From an uncultured Flavobacterium sp. (GTDB lineage Bacteria; Bacteroidota; Bacteroidia; Flavobacteriales; Flavobacteriaceae): a DNA stretch of 64,000 nt. A program made the translations under genes and the position numbers. The stretch lies in NCBI GenBank assembly GCA_963511795.1, contig CAUPKP010000013.1, positions 9,279 through 73,278 of the forward strand, read 5' to 3'. This document shows positions 1 to 9,007 of this stretch, in pieces (within the stretch, counting starts at the first letter, position 1; every line of letters begins with the position of its first letter). Below the pieces are notes generated by a model, which was not told the DNA's origin, searched no databases, and saw nothing but the letters and a program-made list of their open reading frames with translations.

Positions 1-195
1 AACCGTAAACCAGTTGTAGGTTTCATTGCAGGAGTTACTGCTCCAGCAGGACGTACAATGGGACATGCAGGTGCAATTGTTGGAGGTTCTGATGATACAG
101 CTGAAGCTAAAAAACAAATTATGAGAGAAAACGGAATTCACGTTGTTGACTCTCCAGCTGAAATTGGAAAGAAAGTAAAAGAAGTACTTGGATAA
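1..195 (+). CDS. sucD: Succinyl-CoA synthetase alpha subunit, C-terminal part (5' truncated by window)
   Basis: Frame 1 reads [29 protein letters not shown]...EVLG*, containing the MGHAGA phospho-His motif; TAA at 193-195. Confidence 0.95.
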   Translation, partial: NRKPVVGFIAGVTAPAGRTMGHAGAIVGGSDDTAEAKKQIMRENGIHVVDSPAEIGKKVKEVLG

Positions 196-222
196 TTTCC
201 AAATATGAAAATAACAAATTCC

Positions 223-254
223 AAAAAAGTCTCAATATTTGTTGAGACTTTTTT
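223..254 (+). terminator. Intrinsic terminator after sucD
   Basis: AAAAAAGTCTCAA-tattt-gTTGAGACTTTTTT inverted repeat with T tail. Confidence 0.8.
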
Positions 255-286
255 ACATTTTTAAAATGTATGGAATTTTATTAAAA

Positions 287-323
287 ACTTAGCAACTTAG
301 ATCCTTAGAATCTTAGCAGCTTA
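287..323. repeat. Degenerate 8-nt-period CTTAG array
   Basis: ACTTAGCA/ACTTAGAT/CCTTAGAA/TCTTAGCA/GCTTAAAA. Confidence 0.8.
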
Positions 324-335
324 AAAATTAAAAAT

Positions 336-764
336 ATGTACAAAGAATTAGAAAAGTTTACAGTAAAAGGGAATTTTACGTTTACACAGGAAGATAGTTT
401 AGAAGAAGTTTGTAACGCTTCAGAATCAGGAAGCGGTGTCTTTGTTGTTTACGCTGTTACAAATGATACTAAAGAATTAATCATGGTTAGTTCTACAGGA
501 ACAGTTCAAAATGACGGAACTTTAAAAAGCAAAAATGGTGGTTTACACGACAAAATTGTAAACGGTCAGCAATTTGCAAAAACAGGAAGAAAATATTCTT
601 GGCCAGCACAAATGAAAAAAGAAAGTATTGACGCATTAGAAGTTTTATGGTTTGAAACTTTTAATGATGATGTAAAATCAATTCCAACAAGCGTTGAAGG
701 TCAGATTTTGCAAAATTTCTTAGATGAAACTGGTAAACTGCCAAGATGGAATGTAGCTTTTTAA
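336..764 (+). CDS. Hypothetical protein, possibly a degenerate GIY-YIG-fold protein
   Basis: 142 aa ORF; GVFVVY...LIMVSSTG...GGLHDKI...VEGQIL...LPRWN resembles the GIY-YIG layout with degenerate tyrosines and arginine. Confidence 0.55.
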   Translation: MYKELEKFTVKGNFTFTQEDSLEEVCNASESGSGVFVVYAVTNDTKELIMVSSTGTVQNDGTLKSKNGGLHDKIVNGQQFAKTGRKYSWPAQMKKESIDALEVLWFETFNDDVKSIPTSVEGQILQNFLDETGKLPRWNVAF

Positions 765-780
765 TACATTCTTAATTATT

Positions 781-820
781 CATAAAAAAAGCTTCACAAT
801 AATGTGAAGCTTTTTTTATG
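781..820. terminator. Bidirectional intrinsic terminator
   Basis: CATAAAAAAAGCTTCACA-ataa-TGTGAAGCTTTTTTTATG between convergent genes. Confidence 0.9.
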
Positions 821-836
821 GGTTTAAAACAAAAAA

Positions 837-1229
837 TTATTTTTCTTTAAAATCAACGGATAAAGAATTCACACAATACCGTTGTCCGGTTTTTGTTGGT
901 CCGTCTTCAAAAACGTGACCTAAATGTCCTCCGCAGTTTGCACAGACAATTTCGGTTCGGGTCATTCCATGTGTTCCATCATGGATATATTCTACTTTTC
1001 CAGGGATTGATTCGTCAAATGATGGCCAGCCGCAATGCGCATCAAACTTGGAGTTGCTTTCAAACAGGGGAGTACCGCAGCCACCACAGCAATAAAGTCC
1101 ATTTTCAAAATGCAGATTATATTTACCTGTATGCGGATATTCGGTTCCTTTTTGGCGAAGAATTCTATAACGCTCAGCACCTAATTCTTCTTCCCACTCT
1201 TTTTCTGATTTTATAAAAGGATAATTCAT
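837..1229 (-). CDS. msrB: Peptide methionine-(R)-sulfoxide reductase
   Basis: GTE.PHTG, two CxxC-type Zn motifs, GWPSF, GHLGHVF.DGP, RYCVNS. Confidence 0.97.
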   Translation of the reverse strand: MNYPFIKSEKEWEEELGAERYRILRQKGTEYPHTGKYNLHFENGLYCCGGCGTPLFESNSKFDAHCGWPSFDESIPGKVEYIHDGTHGMTRTEIVCANCGGHLGHVFEDGPTKTGQRYCVNSLSVDFKEK

Positions 1230-1231
1230 GA

Positions 1232-2101
1232 TTATTTTTTAATAAAATTAATTATTTTTTCAATCACTTGTTGTTCTGCAAGTATCTTTCTGTGACCTAA
1301 TTTCTCTGTCAGCATTAATTCTCCGTTTTTAAGATGCTTATGGATATTAATTCCTGCTTCTACTGGAACTTCAGGATCATTTTTGTCATGAATCACCAAA
1401 ATTGGAATCAAAGTTGTTTCCGCAGCTTTATAAGCACTATAATCATTCATTTTCCCTCCATACTTTTGTTCAAAACGGTCGCATAGCAGTTTACTAATTA
1501 TTGGTTTTAAACCCAATTTTGTAACAAAATCATCTGTAATATCCTGAACAATATCACCGCTTCCGATAATAACTGCTTTATCTGTAGTCAAGCCTTGTTT
1601 TATTGCATTCATTACAGACATCCCTCCTAAAGAATGACCAATGACAGCTTCAAAAGGACCAAACTGTTTATCAATTTCAATAATAGAAGCAATAAAATCT
1701 ACCATTATTGTAGAATTTCCTGGAGATTTACCATGCGCTGGAGCATCAAAACTCACGGTTTCAAATCCTAATTTAATTAATTCATCGGCAATTTTACACA
1801 ATTGTGTTCCCCTCCCGGACCATCCATGAACTAAAAGTACTTTTTTATCTATATCACTTTTACCATATTCATAAACATTAACTTTTCTATCTATAGCAGG
1901 AATTGTAATCATCTGCTGTCTGCTTTTTTCGTCCATTTCGATTTCACGTTTTGGAATCTTATGTTTTATTGGGGTAATGAATAATTTAGAGGCATAGACA
2001 ACAGCCCATTTTGTTGACAGAAACGCAATAACCTTACCAGAAAGTATTATAATTTTTGGAATTTTTAAAGGTTTAGTGTGTTTTGAGATATTTTTTGTCA
2101 T
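1232..2101 (-). CDS. Alpha/beta hydrolase
   Basis: LVHGWSG oxyanion motif, GHSLGG nucleophile elbow, HDKND, LGH catalytic His. Confidence 0.9.
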   Translation of the reverse strand: MTKNISKHTKPLKIPKIIILSGKVIAFLSTKWAVVYASKLFITPIKHKIPKREIEMDEKSRQQMITIPAIDRKVNVYEYGKSDIDKKVLLVHGWSGRGTQLCKIADELIKLGFETVSFDAPAHGKSPGNSTIMVDFIASIIEIDKQFGPFEAVIGHSLGGMSVMNAIKQGLTTDKAVIIGSGDIVQDITDDFVTKLGLKPIISKLLCDRFEQKYGGKMNDYSAYKAAETTLIPILVIHDKNDPEVPVEAGINIHKHLKNGELMLTEKLGHRKILAEQQVIEKIINFIKK

Positions 2102-2161
2102 ATCGTTAAATTTTTTAGAAGTCTTTATATATTAACTTTTTTTAACTAAATTTAAAAAACA

Positions 2162-2169
2162 CAAAAGTA
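2162..2169 (-). promoter_or_regulatory. Bacteroidota sigma-A -7 element (TAnnTTTG) for the hydrolase-msrB unit
   Basis: TACTTTTG on the minus strand about 60 bp upstream of the ATG; no clear -33 element. Confidence 0.5.
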
Positions 2170-2293
2170 CTATAAATTTAATGTTAATATAATTTAGTTT
2201 TTCGCAATAAAGTTTACATTTTTTTAAATTTTGTAACTTATTGTGATATTTAAAGAGTAGTAACATTTTAAGAGAATTTTAAATAATTAATTA

Positions 2294-3724
2294 ATGGAAA
2301 TACTTCACGTGGGTGCAGAATGTTACCCAGCAGCAAAAGTGGGGGGACTGGCAGATGTAATTGGGGCATTGCCAAAATATCAAAATAATGCAGGAAATAA
2401 TGTTAGTGTAGCTATTCCATGTTATCAGACAGCATTTAGGTTAGAGAATGATTTTGAATATATTCATTCGGGGAAATTAAAATTGGGACATTTCAATTTT
2501 CCATATAGCGTAATCAAAGAAACATCAAATAAACTGGGATTTGAGCTTTATTTAATTGAAATACCAGAGCTCTTTGATCGTCCAAATGTTTACAATTACA
2601 GAGATGATACAGAGCGCTTTTTATCCTTTCAGATTGCAGTATTGGACTGGATAACAGGACGAAGCGTGACACCTGATATTATTCATTGTCACGATCATCA
2701 TACTGGATTAATTCCTTTTATGAAAAAGTATTGTCCTAAATATGAAAAATTAAAAGATATACCCACAATTATAACAATTCATAATGGCATATATCAAGGA
2801 ATTTTTACGTTTAATAAATTGTATTATCTGCCTGAATTTGATTTAATTAACATAAAAGAATTAGAATGGAATAATTGTATTAATTCATTAGCGGCAGCGG
2901 TAAAATGTGCTGATGAAATTACTACGGTATCAACAAGTTATCTTAATGAAATTAATTATTCTGATAATGGGCTTGAAACTTTATTTCAGCGTATGAGGCA
3001 CAAATCAAGAGGAATTCTTAACGGAATTGATTTAGATATTTGGGATCCTAATAAAGACTCAATGTTAGAAACAAATTATTCGGTTAATACAGTTGATGAA
3101 GGAAAGCAAAAAAACAAAGAGCATCTGTGTTTTCTTTTTAACATGAATCCCGAAAAACCGCTTTTTAGTTTCATTGGAAGATTGTATAATGAAAAAGGAG
3201 CCGATTTATTACCCAAAGTTATATCATCGGTTTTGACAGCTTATAAAGATCAGATTAATTTTTTAATTTTAGGATATGGAGATATTGAGATAGAAAATCA
3301 TCTTAAACAGTTGCATGAGATTTACAATCATAACTATCACGTTCACATTGGTTATGATGAAAATTTAGCTCATAAAACTTATGCAGGATCAGATTTTATT
3401 TTAATCCCATCACGCATTGAGCCTTGTGGTTTAAATCAAATGTATGCAATGCGTTATGGAACAGTTCCAATAGTTAGAAGAACTGGAGGACTGAAGGATA
3501 CCATTACTGATTTTGAGGATGGTGGAAATGGAATCTGTCATGATCAGGCATCTGTCGAAGACATTTTTGATGCCATACAGAGGGCTTTCGATTTATATTC
3601 TGATAAATATACAATCAACCAAATTAGAATTAAAGGAATGAACACAGACCATTCTTGGAAACACGTAAGCCAAGAATATATAGAATTATATAATTTAATT
3701 ATTACAAAAGGACATGAAAACTAA
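2294..3724 (+). CDS. glgA: Glycogen synthase (GT5)
   Basis: KVGGLADV, HCHDHHTG, FIGRLYNEKG, EPCGLNQ motifs. Confidence 0.95.
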   Translation: MEILHVGAECYPAAKVGGLADVIGALPKYQNNAGNNVSVAIPCYQTAFRLENDFEYIHSGKLKLGHFNFPYSVIKETSNKLGFELYLIEIPELFDRPNVYNYRDDTERFLSFQIAVLDWITGRSVTPDIIHCHDHHTGLIPFMKKYCPKYEKLKDIPTIITIHNGIYQGIFTFNKLYYLPEFDLINIKELEWNNCINSLAAAVKCADEITTVSTSYLNEINYSDNGLETLFQRMRHKSRGILNGIDLDIWDPNKDSMLETNYSVNTVDEGKQKNKEHLCFLFNMNPEKPLFSFIGRLYNEKGADLLPKVISSVLTAYKDQINFLILGYGDIEIENHLKQLHEIYNHNYHVHIGYDENLAHKTYAGSDFILIPSRIEPCGLNQMYAMRYGTVPIVRRTGGLKDTITDFEDGGNGICHDQASVEDIFDAIQRAFDLYSDKYTINQIRIKGMNTDHSWKHVSQEYIELYNLIITKGHEN

Positions 3725-4994
3725 AAAGAAAAATGTTATTGCTATTATTTTAGGCGGAGGTCAGGGTTCGAGATTATTTCCCCTAACTGCTAGAAGATCA
3801 AAACCGGCCGTGCCGATTGGAGGAAAATATAGGTTAGTAGACATTCCAATTTCAAATTGTATCAATTCTGATATTTATAAGATGTTTGTATTGACTCAAT
3901 TCAATTCGGCCTCTTTAAATGCGCATATTAAAAACACTTATAATTTCAGCATCTTTAGTCATTCTTTTGTTGATATTTTGGCTGCTGAACAGACACCGGA
4001 TAACCCAACATGGTTTCAGGGAACAGCTGATGCAGTAAGGCAGTGTATGCCGCACTTTTTAAACCATGATTTCGATTATGCCTTAATTCTGTCTGGAGAT
4101 CAATTGTATCAGATGGATTTTAATGCAATGCTTGAAGCTCATATTGAAGCCGAATCCGATATCACTATTGCAACATTGCCAGTTAATGATAAAGATGCTC
4201 CCGAGTTTGGAATATTAAAAACCAATTCTGAAAGCTGTATAGAATCTTTTATAGAAAAACCTGCAAAAGAATTATTGCCTGATTGGACTTCAGAAGTTAG
4301 TGACGAGATGAAAAGTCAAGGAAAACATTATCTGGCTTCAATGGGTATTTATATTTTTAACAGAAAACTTTTAATTGAGCTGATGTCTGATACAGAAACG
4401 AAAGATTTTGGAAAAGAAATCATTCCGCAGGCTGTTGGGAATAAAAAACTGCTAAGTTATCAATATGAAGGTTATTGGACAGATATTGGAAATATCGATT
4501 CATTTTTTGAGGCAAACATTGGTTTAACAGATGATATCCCGCAATTTAATCTGTTTGACAATGACAATAAAATCTATACGAGACCACGATTACTGTCTCC
4601 TTCAAAATTCCACAATACATTAGTCGAGAGATCTTTAATTTCAGAAGGCTGTATTATTCACGCCAAAGAAATCACCAAATCAGTTATTGGCAATCGCTCT
4701 CGAATAGGAGAGGGAACAGTCATTCAGCACAGTTATGTAATGGGTAATGATTTATATCAAAGCATTGAAGACATCAGGGAAAATATTGAAAATAATATTC
4801 CATTGATTGGAATCGGTGAAAGATGCTTCATCCATAATGCAATTGTCGATAAAAACTGCAGAATCGGTAATGACGTATATATAAAAGGAGGTAAACATCT
4901 AGAGGATACTGTCAATGAATTATATTGTGTAAAAGAAGGAATTGTCGTGATTCGAAAAGGAGCTATAATTCCAGATGGTTTTACTGTCAAATAA
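3714..4994 (+). CDS. glgC: Glucose-1-phosphate adenylyltransferase
   Basis: GGGQGSRLFPLT...KPAVPIGGKYRL, WFQGTADAV, FIEKP, DFGKE, C-terminal beta-helix. Confidence 0.97.
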   Translation: MKTKKKNVIAIILGGGQGSRLFPLTARRSKPAVPIGGKYRLVDIPISNCINSDIYKMFVLTQFNSASLNAHIKNTYNFSIFSHSFVDILAAEQTPDNPTWFQGTADAVRQCMPHFLNHDFDYALILSGDQLYQMDFNAMLEAHIEAESDITIATLPVNDKDAPEFGILKTNSESCIESFIEKPAKELLPDWTSEVSDEMKSQGKHYLASMGIYIFNRKLLIELMSDTETKDFGKEIIPQAVGNKKLLSYQYEGYWTDIGNIDSFFEANIGLTDDIPQFNLFDNDNKIYTRPRLLSPSKFHNTLVERSLISEGCIIHAKEITKSVIGNRSRIGEGTVIQHSYVMGNDLYQSIEDIRENIENNIPLIGIGERCFIHNAIVDKNCRIGNDVYIKGGKHLEDTVNELYCVKEGIVVIRKGAIIPDGFTVK

Positions 4995-5026
4995 GTCAAC
5001 TATTTCAAAATTTTATATCTAAAAAA

Positions 5027-5082
5027 CTAATTACACCAAATTGACAGTCCAATTCATTGTACTTTCGATTTGGTGTTATTAG
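5027..5082. other. Long hairpin between glgC and glgE (terminator or processing site)
   Basis: CTAATTACACCAAAT ... ATTTGGTGTTATTAG, 15-bp stem with one mismatch. Confidence 0.45.
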
Positions 5083-5394
5083 CAATTATGTGCTTTAGCT
5101 TTATGAAAAACGAGAATTATTTTTTTTAGACTCAATTCTAAATTTTTCAATTGATAAGTTTATTAAAAGAAATAATTAAGATGTATTATAAAACGATTGC
5201 TGTCATTTTAAAAAATCAATCATTTTTATTTAGCGATAATGTCAAAAAAAAGTTGCTCAATACCATAATTTCATTTGTTATTCATAACAAATAATGCGTA
5301 TTGGCTCAAATTAATCGATTATTTACATTTCTTAAAATTAGTTTCTATAAACCCTTAATATTTACTAAATTTCATATTCAATTTAACTACTACT

Positions 5395-7329
5395 ATGCAG
5401 AATCAAACCCGTATAATTATAGAAAATGTTTTACCGCAGCTCAACAGCGGCAGTTTTGCCATTAAAAGAATAGTTGGTCAAAAAGTGATTGTCACTGCCG
5501 AAGTTTTTTCAGATGGACATGATGTTGTAGAAAGCTGTGTGAAATTCAAACACGAGTCTGAAGATAATTGGCAGGAAGTTCGAATGACACATATTCAAAA
5601 TGATGAATGGTCTGCTGAATTCCATGTTAAAAAACAAGGAAAATATACCTATTTCGTAGAAGGCTGGGTAGATTATGCATTAAACTGGCAGCATGGTACG
5701 GAACGAAAAATCAATGACAATCAATATGTAAAATCTGAGTTGCTGGAAGGCGCTGAATATGTTCGTGCTATTCTTAATTTGGTTGATGCTGCCGACAATG
5801 AATATCTTAATAGGTTAGTTTATTATTTTACAACAGAATCCGAATACGATAATGCGGTCAGAGAAACAAAATCGGAAGAACTTTTTAGAATTTTTAAAAA
5901 ATACCCAATCCGATTTTTAGAAAATAAATCAATTGATTTAGAAATATATGTAGACCGTAAAAAAGCACTTTTCAGTACTTGGTATGAATTTTTTCCGCGT
6001 TCGGCATCAGAAGAAGATGGAAAACACGGTACTTTTAAAGATTGTGAAAGATTATTACCGCGTGTTGCAGAAATGGGATTTGACACACTTTATTTTCCAC
6101 CAATTCATCCAATTGGTGAAGTAAACAGAAAAGGTAAAAACAATGCAACAAATGCCGAATATGGTGATGTTGGCTCCCCTTGGGGAATCGGTTCGCATCA
6201 CGGCGGACACAAATCCACTCATCCCGAACTTGGATCGATTGAAGATTTCAAAGAATTGGTACAAAAAGCAAAACATTTAGGAATCGAAGTAGCAATGGAC
6301 TATGCCTTGCAGGCCGCTCCAGATCATCCTTATGTCAAAGATTTTCCACAGTGGTTCAAATGGAGACCCGACGGAACGGTGCAGTATGCCGAAAATCCTC
6401 CAAAAAAATACCAAGACATTCAGCCTATTTATTTTGAAAGTTCCGACTGGAAAAATCTATGGAAAGAACTATTAGATGTTGCTTTATTTTGGATTGAGGA
6501 ATGTGATATTCAAATTTTCAGAGTTGATAATCCGCATACAAAACCTTTTTATTTTTGGGGCTGGCTAATCGCCGAAATTAAAAAGAAGCATCCGAATGTT
6601 TTATTTTTAGCTGAAGCTTTCACCCGCCCGAAAATCATGAATGAGCTGGCAAAACAAGGTTTCAGCCAATCATACACTTATTTTACGTGGAGAAATACCA
6701 AACAAGAATTGACAGAATACGTTGAAGAATTAACGCAATCAGAACAAAAAGAATTTTATAGACCTAATTTTTGGCCTAATACGCCGGATATTAATCCTTT
6801 TGCTCTGCAGTATGGAAATGAGTCTGTTCATCTGCAAAAGTACTTTTTGGCAGCAACATTAAGTTCCAATGTTGGGATTTACGGTCCCGTTTTTGAATAT
6901 ATGGTAAGTACGCCAATGGCTCCAGGCAAAGAAGAATATTTACATTCTGAAAAATACCAATGCTACAAATGGGATTGGAACATTCAAAACAAACTCACTA
7001 CGCTGATTACCCGAATTAATACCATTAGAAAAGAACAAATTTCGTTGCAGCAAACCAATAATATTGTTTTTTGCGAAACTAATAATGACCAAGTAATTGC
7101 TTATTATAAGTTTGATGATGATAAGCAGGACGAAACTTTAATGATAGTCAGTCTCGATCCACACCATACAGGCAAAGCATTGATTAAACTGCCTGTTGAT
7201 AAAATTGGAACACATAACATTCAGATTACTGATTTGATTACCGGAAATTTCTATTCATGGGATAATGAATGGAATTATATAGAACTTCCTTCAGAATTGC
7301 CTTTTCATCTTTTTAAAATCCATAAATGA
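5395..7329 (+). CDS. glgE: Alpha-1,4-glucan:maltose-1-phosphate maltosyltransferase (GH13_3)
   Basis: WYEFFPRS, NRKGKNN, GSPWGIG, FRVDNPHTKP, FLAEAFTRP, FWPNTPDI. Confidence 0.95.
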   Translation: MQNQTRIIIENVLPQLNSGSFAIKRIVGQKVIVTAEVFSDGHDVVESCVKFKHESEDNWQEVRMTHIQNDEWSAEFHVKKQGKYTYFVEGWVDYALNWQHGTERKINDNQYVKSELLEGAEYVRAILNLVDAADNEYLNRLVYYFTTESEYDNAVRETKSEELFRIFKKYPIRFLENKSIDLEIYVDRKKALFSTWYEFFPRSASEEDGKHGTFKDCERLLPRVAEMGFDTLYFPPIHPIGEVNRKGKNNATNAEYGDVGSPWGIGSHHGGHKSTHPELGSIEDFKELVQKAKHLGIEVAMDYALQAAPDHPYVKDFPQWFKWRPDGTVQYAENPPKKYQDIQPIYFESSDWKNLWKELLDVALFWIEECDIQIFRVDNPHTKPFYFWGWLIAEIKKKHPNVLFLAEAFTRPKIMNELAKQGFSQSYTYFTWRNTKQELTEYVEELTQSEQKEFYRPNFWPNTPDINPFALQYGNESVHLQKYFLAATLSSNVGIYGPVFEYMVSTPMAPGKEEYLHSEKYQCYKWDWNIQNKLTTLITRINTIRKEQISLQQTNNIVFCETNNDQVIAYYKFDDDKQDETLMIVSLDPHHTGKALIKLPVDKIGTHNIQITDLITGNFYSWDNEWNYIELPSELPFHLFKIHK

Positions 7330-8963
7330 TGGCTGAAAAAATTAACGAAGCCGAATATCAAAATCCATTTGTATTTCATACCAATTGGAGTGATGCTTTT
7401 GAAGACGAAAGTTTTGTTAAAATTTTTGCCTCCGATATTTTAGAAAATTATATTATCAATAAAAGATGGTACGGAGGTAAAGCAAGTACCCTAAAATATA
7501 TTGAAATTGTACATTCTTTTAAAATAAATTCAAGTGACAACACATACTACGGCGTTTTATTAGAAGTTAATTTTAAAGAAGCTTTTTATCAGCATTATTT
7601 TATGCCGTTGGCTTTTATGTCCGAAGAAGATTTGGATACAAATACAGTAATTGCACCAGTTGTAATGAATGAGCAGGAAGGTTATCTTGTTGATGCTTTA
7701 CATCAGGAGGATTTCAGGAAATTGCTTTTTGAGAAAATTATTCATTCCAAAAAGAGTGAAGAGTCAAAAGTAAAATACCATAAAGGTAAAGCATTACATG
7801 CTAAAGAATATGTTTCATCTCATTTTATGGGAGTTGAACAAAGTAATACTTCCATAATTTTCAATGATAATTTAGTTCTAAAAATTTTCAGGAGAATATA
7901 CATCAGCATGAATCCTGATTATGAAATAAGCCGTTTTCTAACTGAAAGAATGAATTTTGATCATTCCCCGGCATATACAGGAAGCATTAGTATTGTATCT
8001 TCTGACGGAAATATCACTCTTGGTCTAATGCAGGAATTAGTTCCTAATCAAGGCGATGCGTGGAAATATATGCTGGAAGAAGCCGATCGGGTTTTCGAGA
8101 ATTTGCACACCAAAAAAATCTCAATTGCCAAACTTCCTGACATTGATTTATTTAAACGGTTAAAATTAAATGATGTCCCCCATGAAATTATAGATTGGGC
8201 GGGATTGAGTATTTTTCTAAAAATAAAAACGTTAGCAACCCGAACAGCCGAAATGCATATTGCGTTGGGTAGTGACATTCATGAAACAGCATTTACACCG
8301 CTTACATACAATGGTGATTATTCGGTTTGGTTAAAAAACCGATTAACGTATCAGTTTCAAAACCGATTGAATATTTTAGAAAATAATCTGCATAAACTCG
8401 ATGGATTAGCATTAGAATTAGCCAATCAGTTTTTGGATCATAAAAAAGAAATCCGAAAAGTTTTTCTTGATTTTGACTGGACACAGATGAAATCAGAGCG
8501 TATTCGGATTCATGGCGATTATCATTTGGGACAAGTTTTAGTTAATGGAGATGATTTTTACATTCTTGACTTTGAAGGGGAACCCGAAAGTACCATTAGA
8601 GACAGAAAAGTAAAACAACCGCCATTGAAAGATGTTGCCGGGATGTTTCGTTCTTTTCATTATGCTATTTATGCGACTATCTTCAACAGCAATGATAAAT
8701 ATCCATATGAGCAGGATGAACTTTTTAAGGCTGGAGAAATTTTATACAAATATTTTGTAGGCGTTTTTCTGAATACCTACATCGAAGTGGCCCAAGCCGG
8801 CAATCTAAATATTGGATATCAAAAAGAAATTGATTTTTTACTGAAATACTGCCTTTTAGAAAAAGCAGTTTACGAACTGGGATATGAATTAAATTCCCGA
8901 CCGAGATGGTCTGTAATTCCGCTGACAGGAATTGCCAGCATAATGGAGTTTAATAAATTTTAA
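7326..8963 (+). CDS. mak: Maltokinase (Mak/Pep2-like)
   Basis: EQSNTS, HGDYHLGQVL, DFEGEP, DVAGMFRSFHY; ATGA overlap with glgE. Confidence 0.88.
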   Translation: MMAEKINEAEYQNPFVFHTNWSDAFEDESFVKIFASDILENYIINKRWYGGKASTLKYIEIVHSFKINSSDNTYYGVLLEVNFKEAFYQHYFMPLAFMSEEDLDTNTVIAPVVMNEQEGYLVDALHQEDFRKLLFEKIIHSKKSEESKVKYHKGKALHAKEYVSSHFMGVEQSNTSIIFNDNLVLKIFRRIYISMNPDYEISRFLTERMNFDHSPAYTGSISIVSSDGNITLGLMQELVPNQGDAWKYMLEEADRVFENLHTKKISIAKLPDIDLFKRLKLNDVPHEIIDWAGLSIFLKIKTLATRTAEMHIALGSDIHETAFTPLTYNGDYSVWLKNRLTYQFQNRLNILENNLHKLDGLALELANQFLDHKKEIRKVFLDFDWTQMKSERIRIHGDYHLGQVLVNGDDFYILDFEGEPESTIRDRKVKQPPLKDVAGMFRSFHYAIYATIFNSNDKYPYEQDELFKAGEILYKYFVGVFLNTYIEVAQAGNLNIGYQKEIDFLLKYCLLEKAVYELGYELNSRPRWSVIPLTGIASIMEFNKF

Positions 8964-9007
8964 TAATGATAATTGATTACAATTTCACAAGAAAATAAAA
9001 TACAAAA

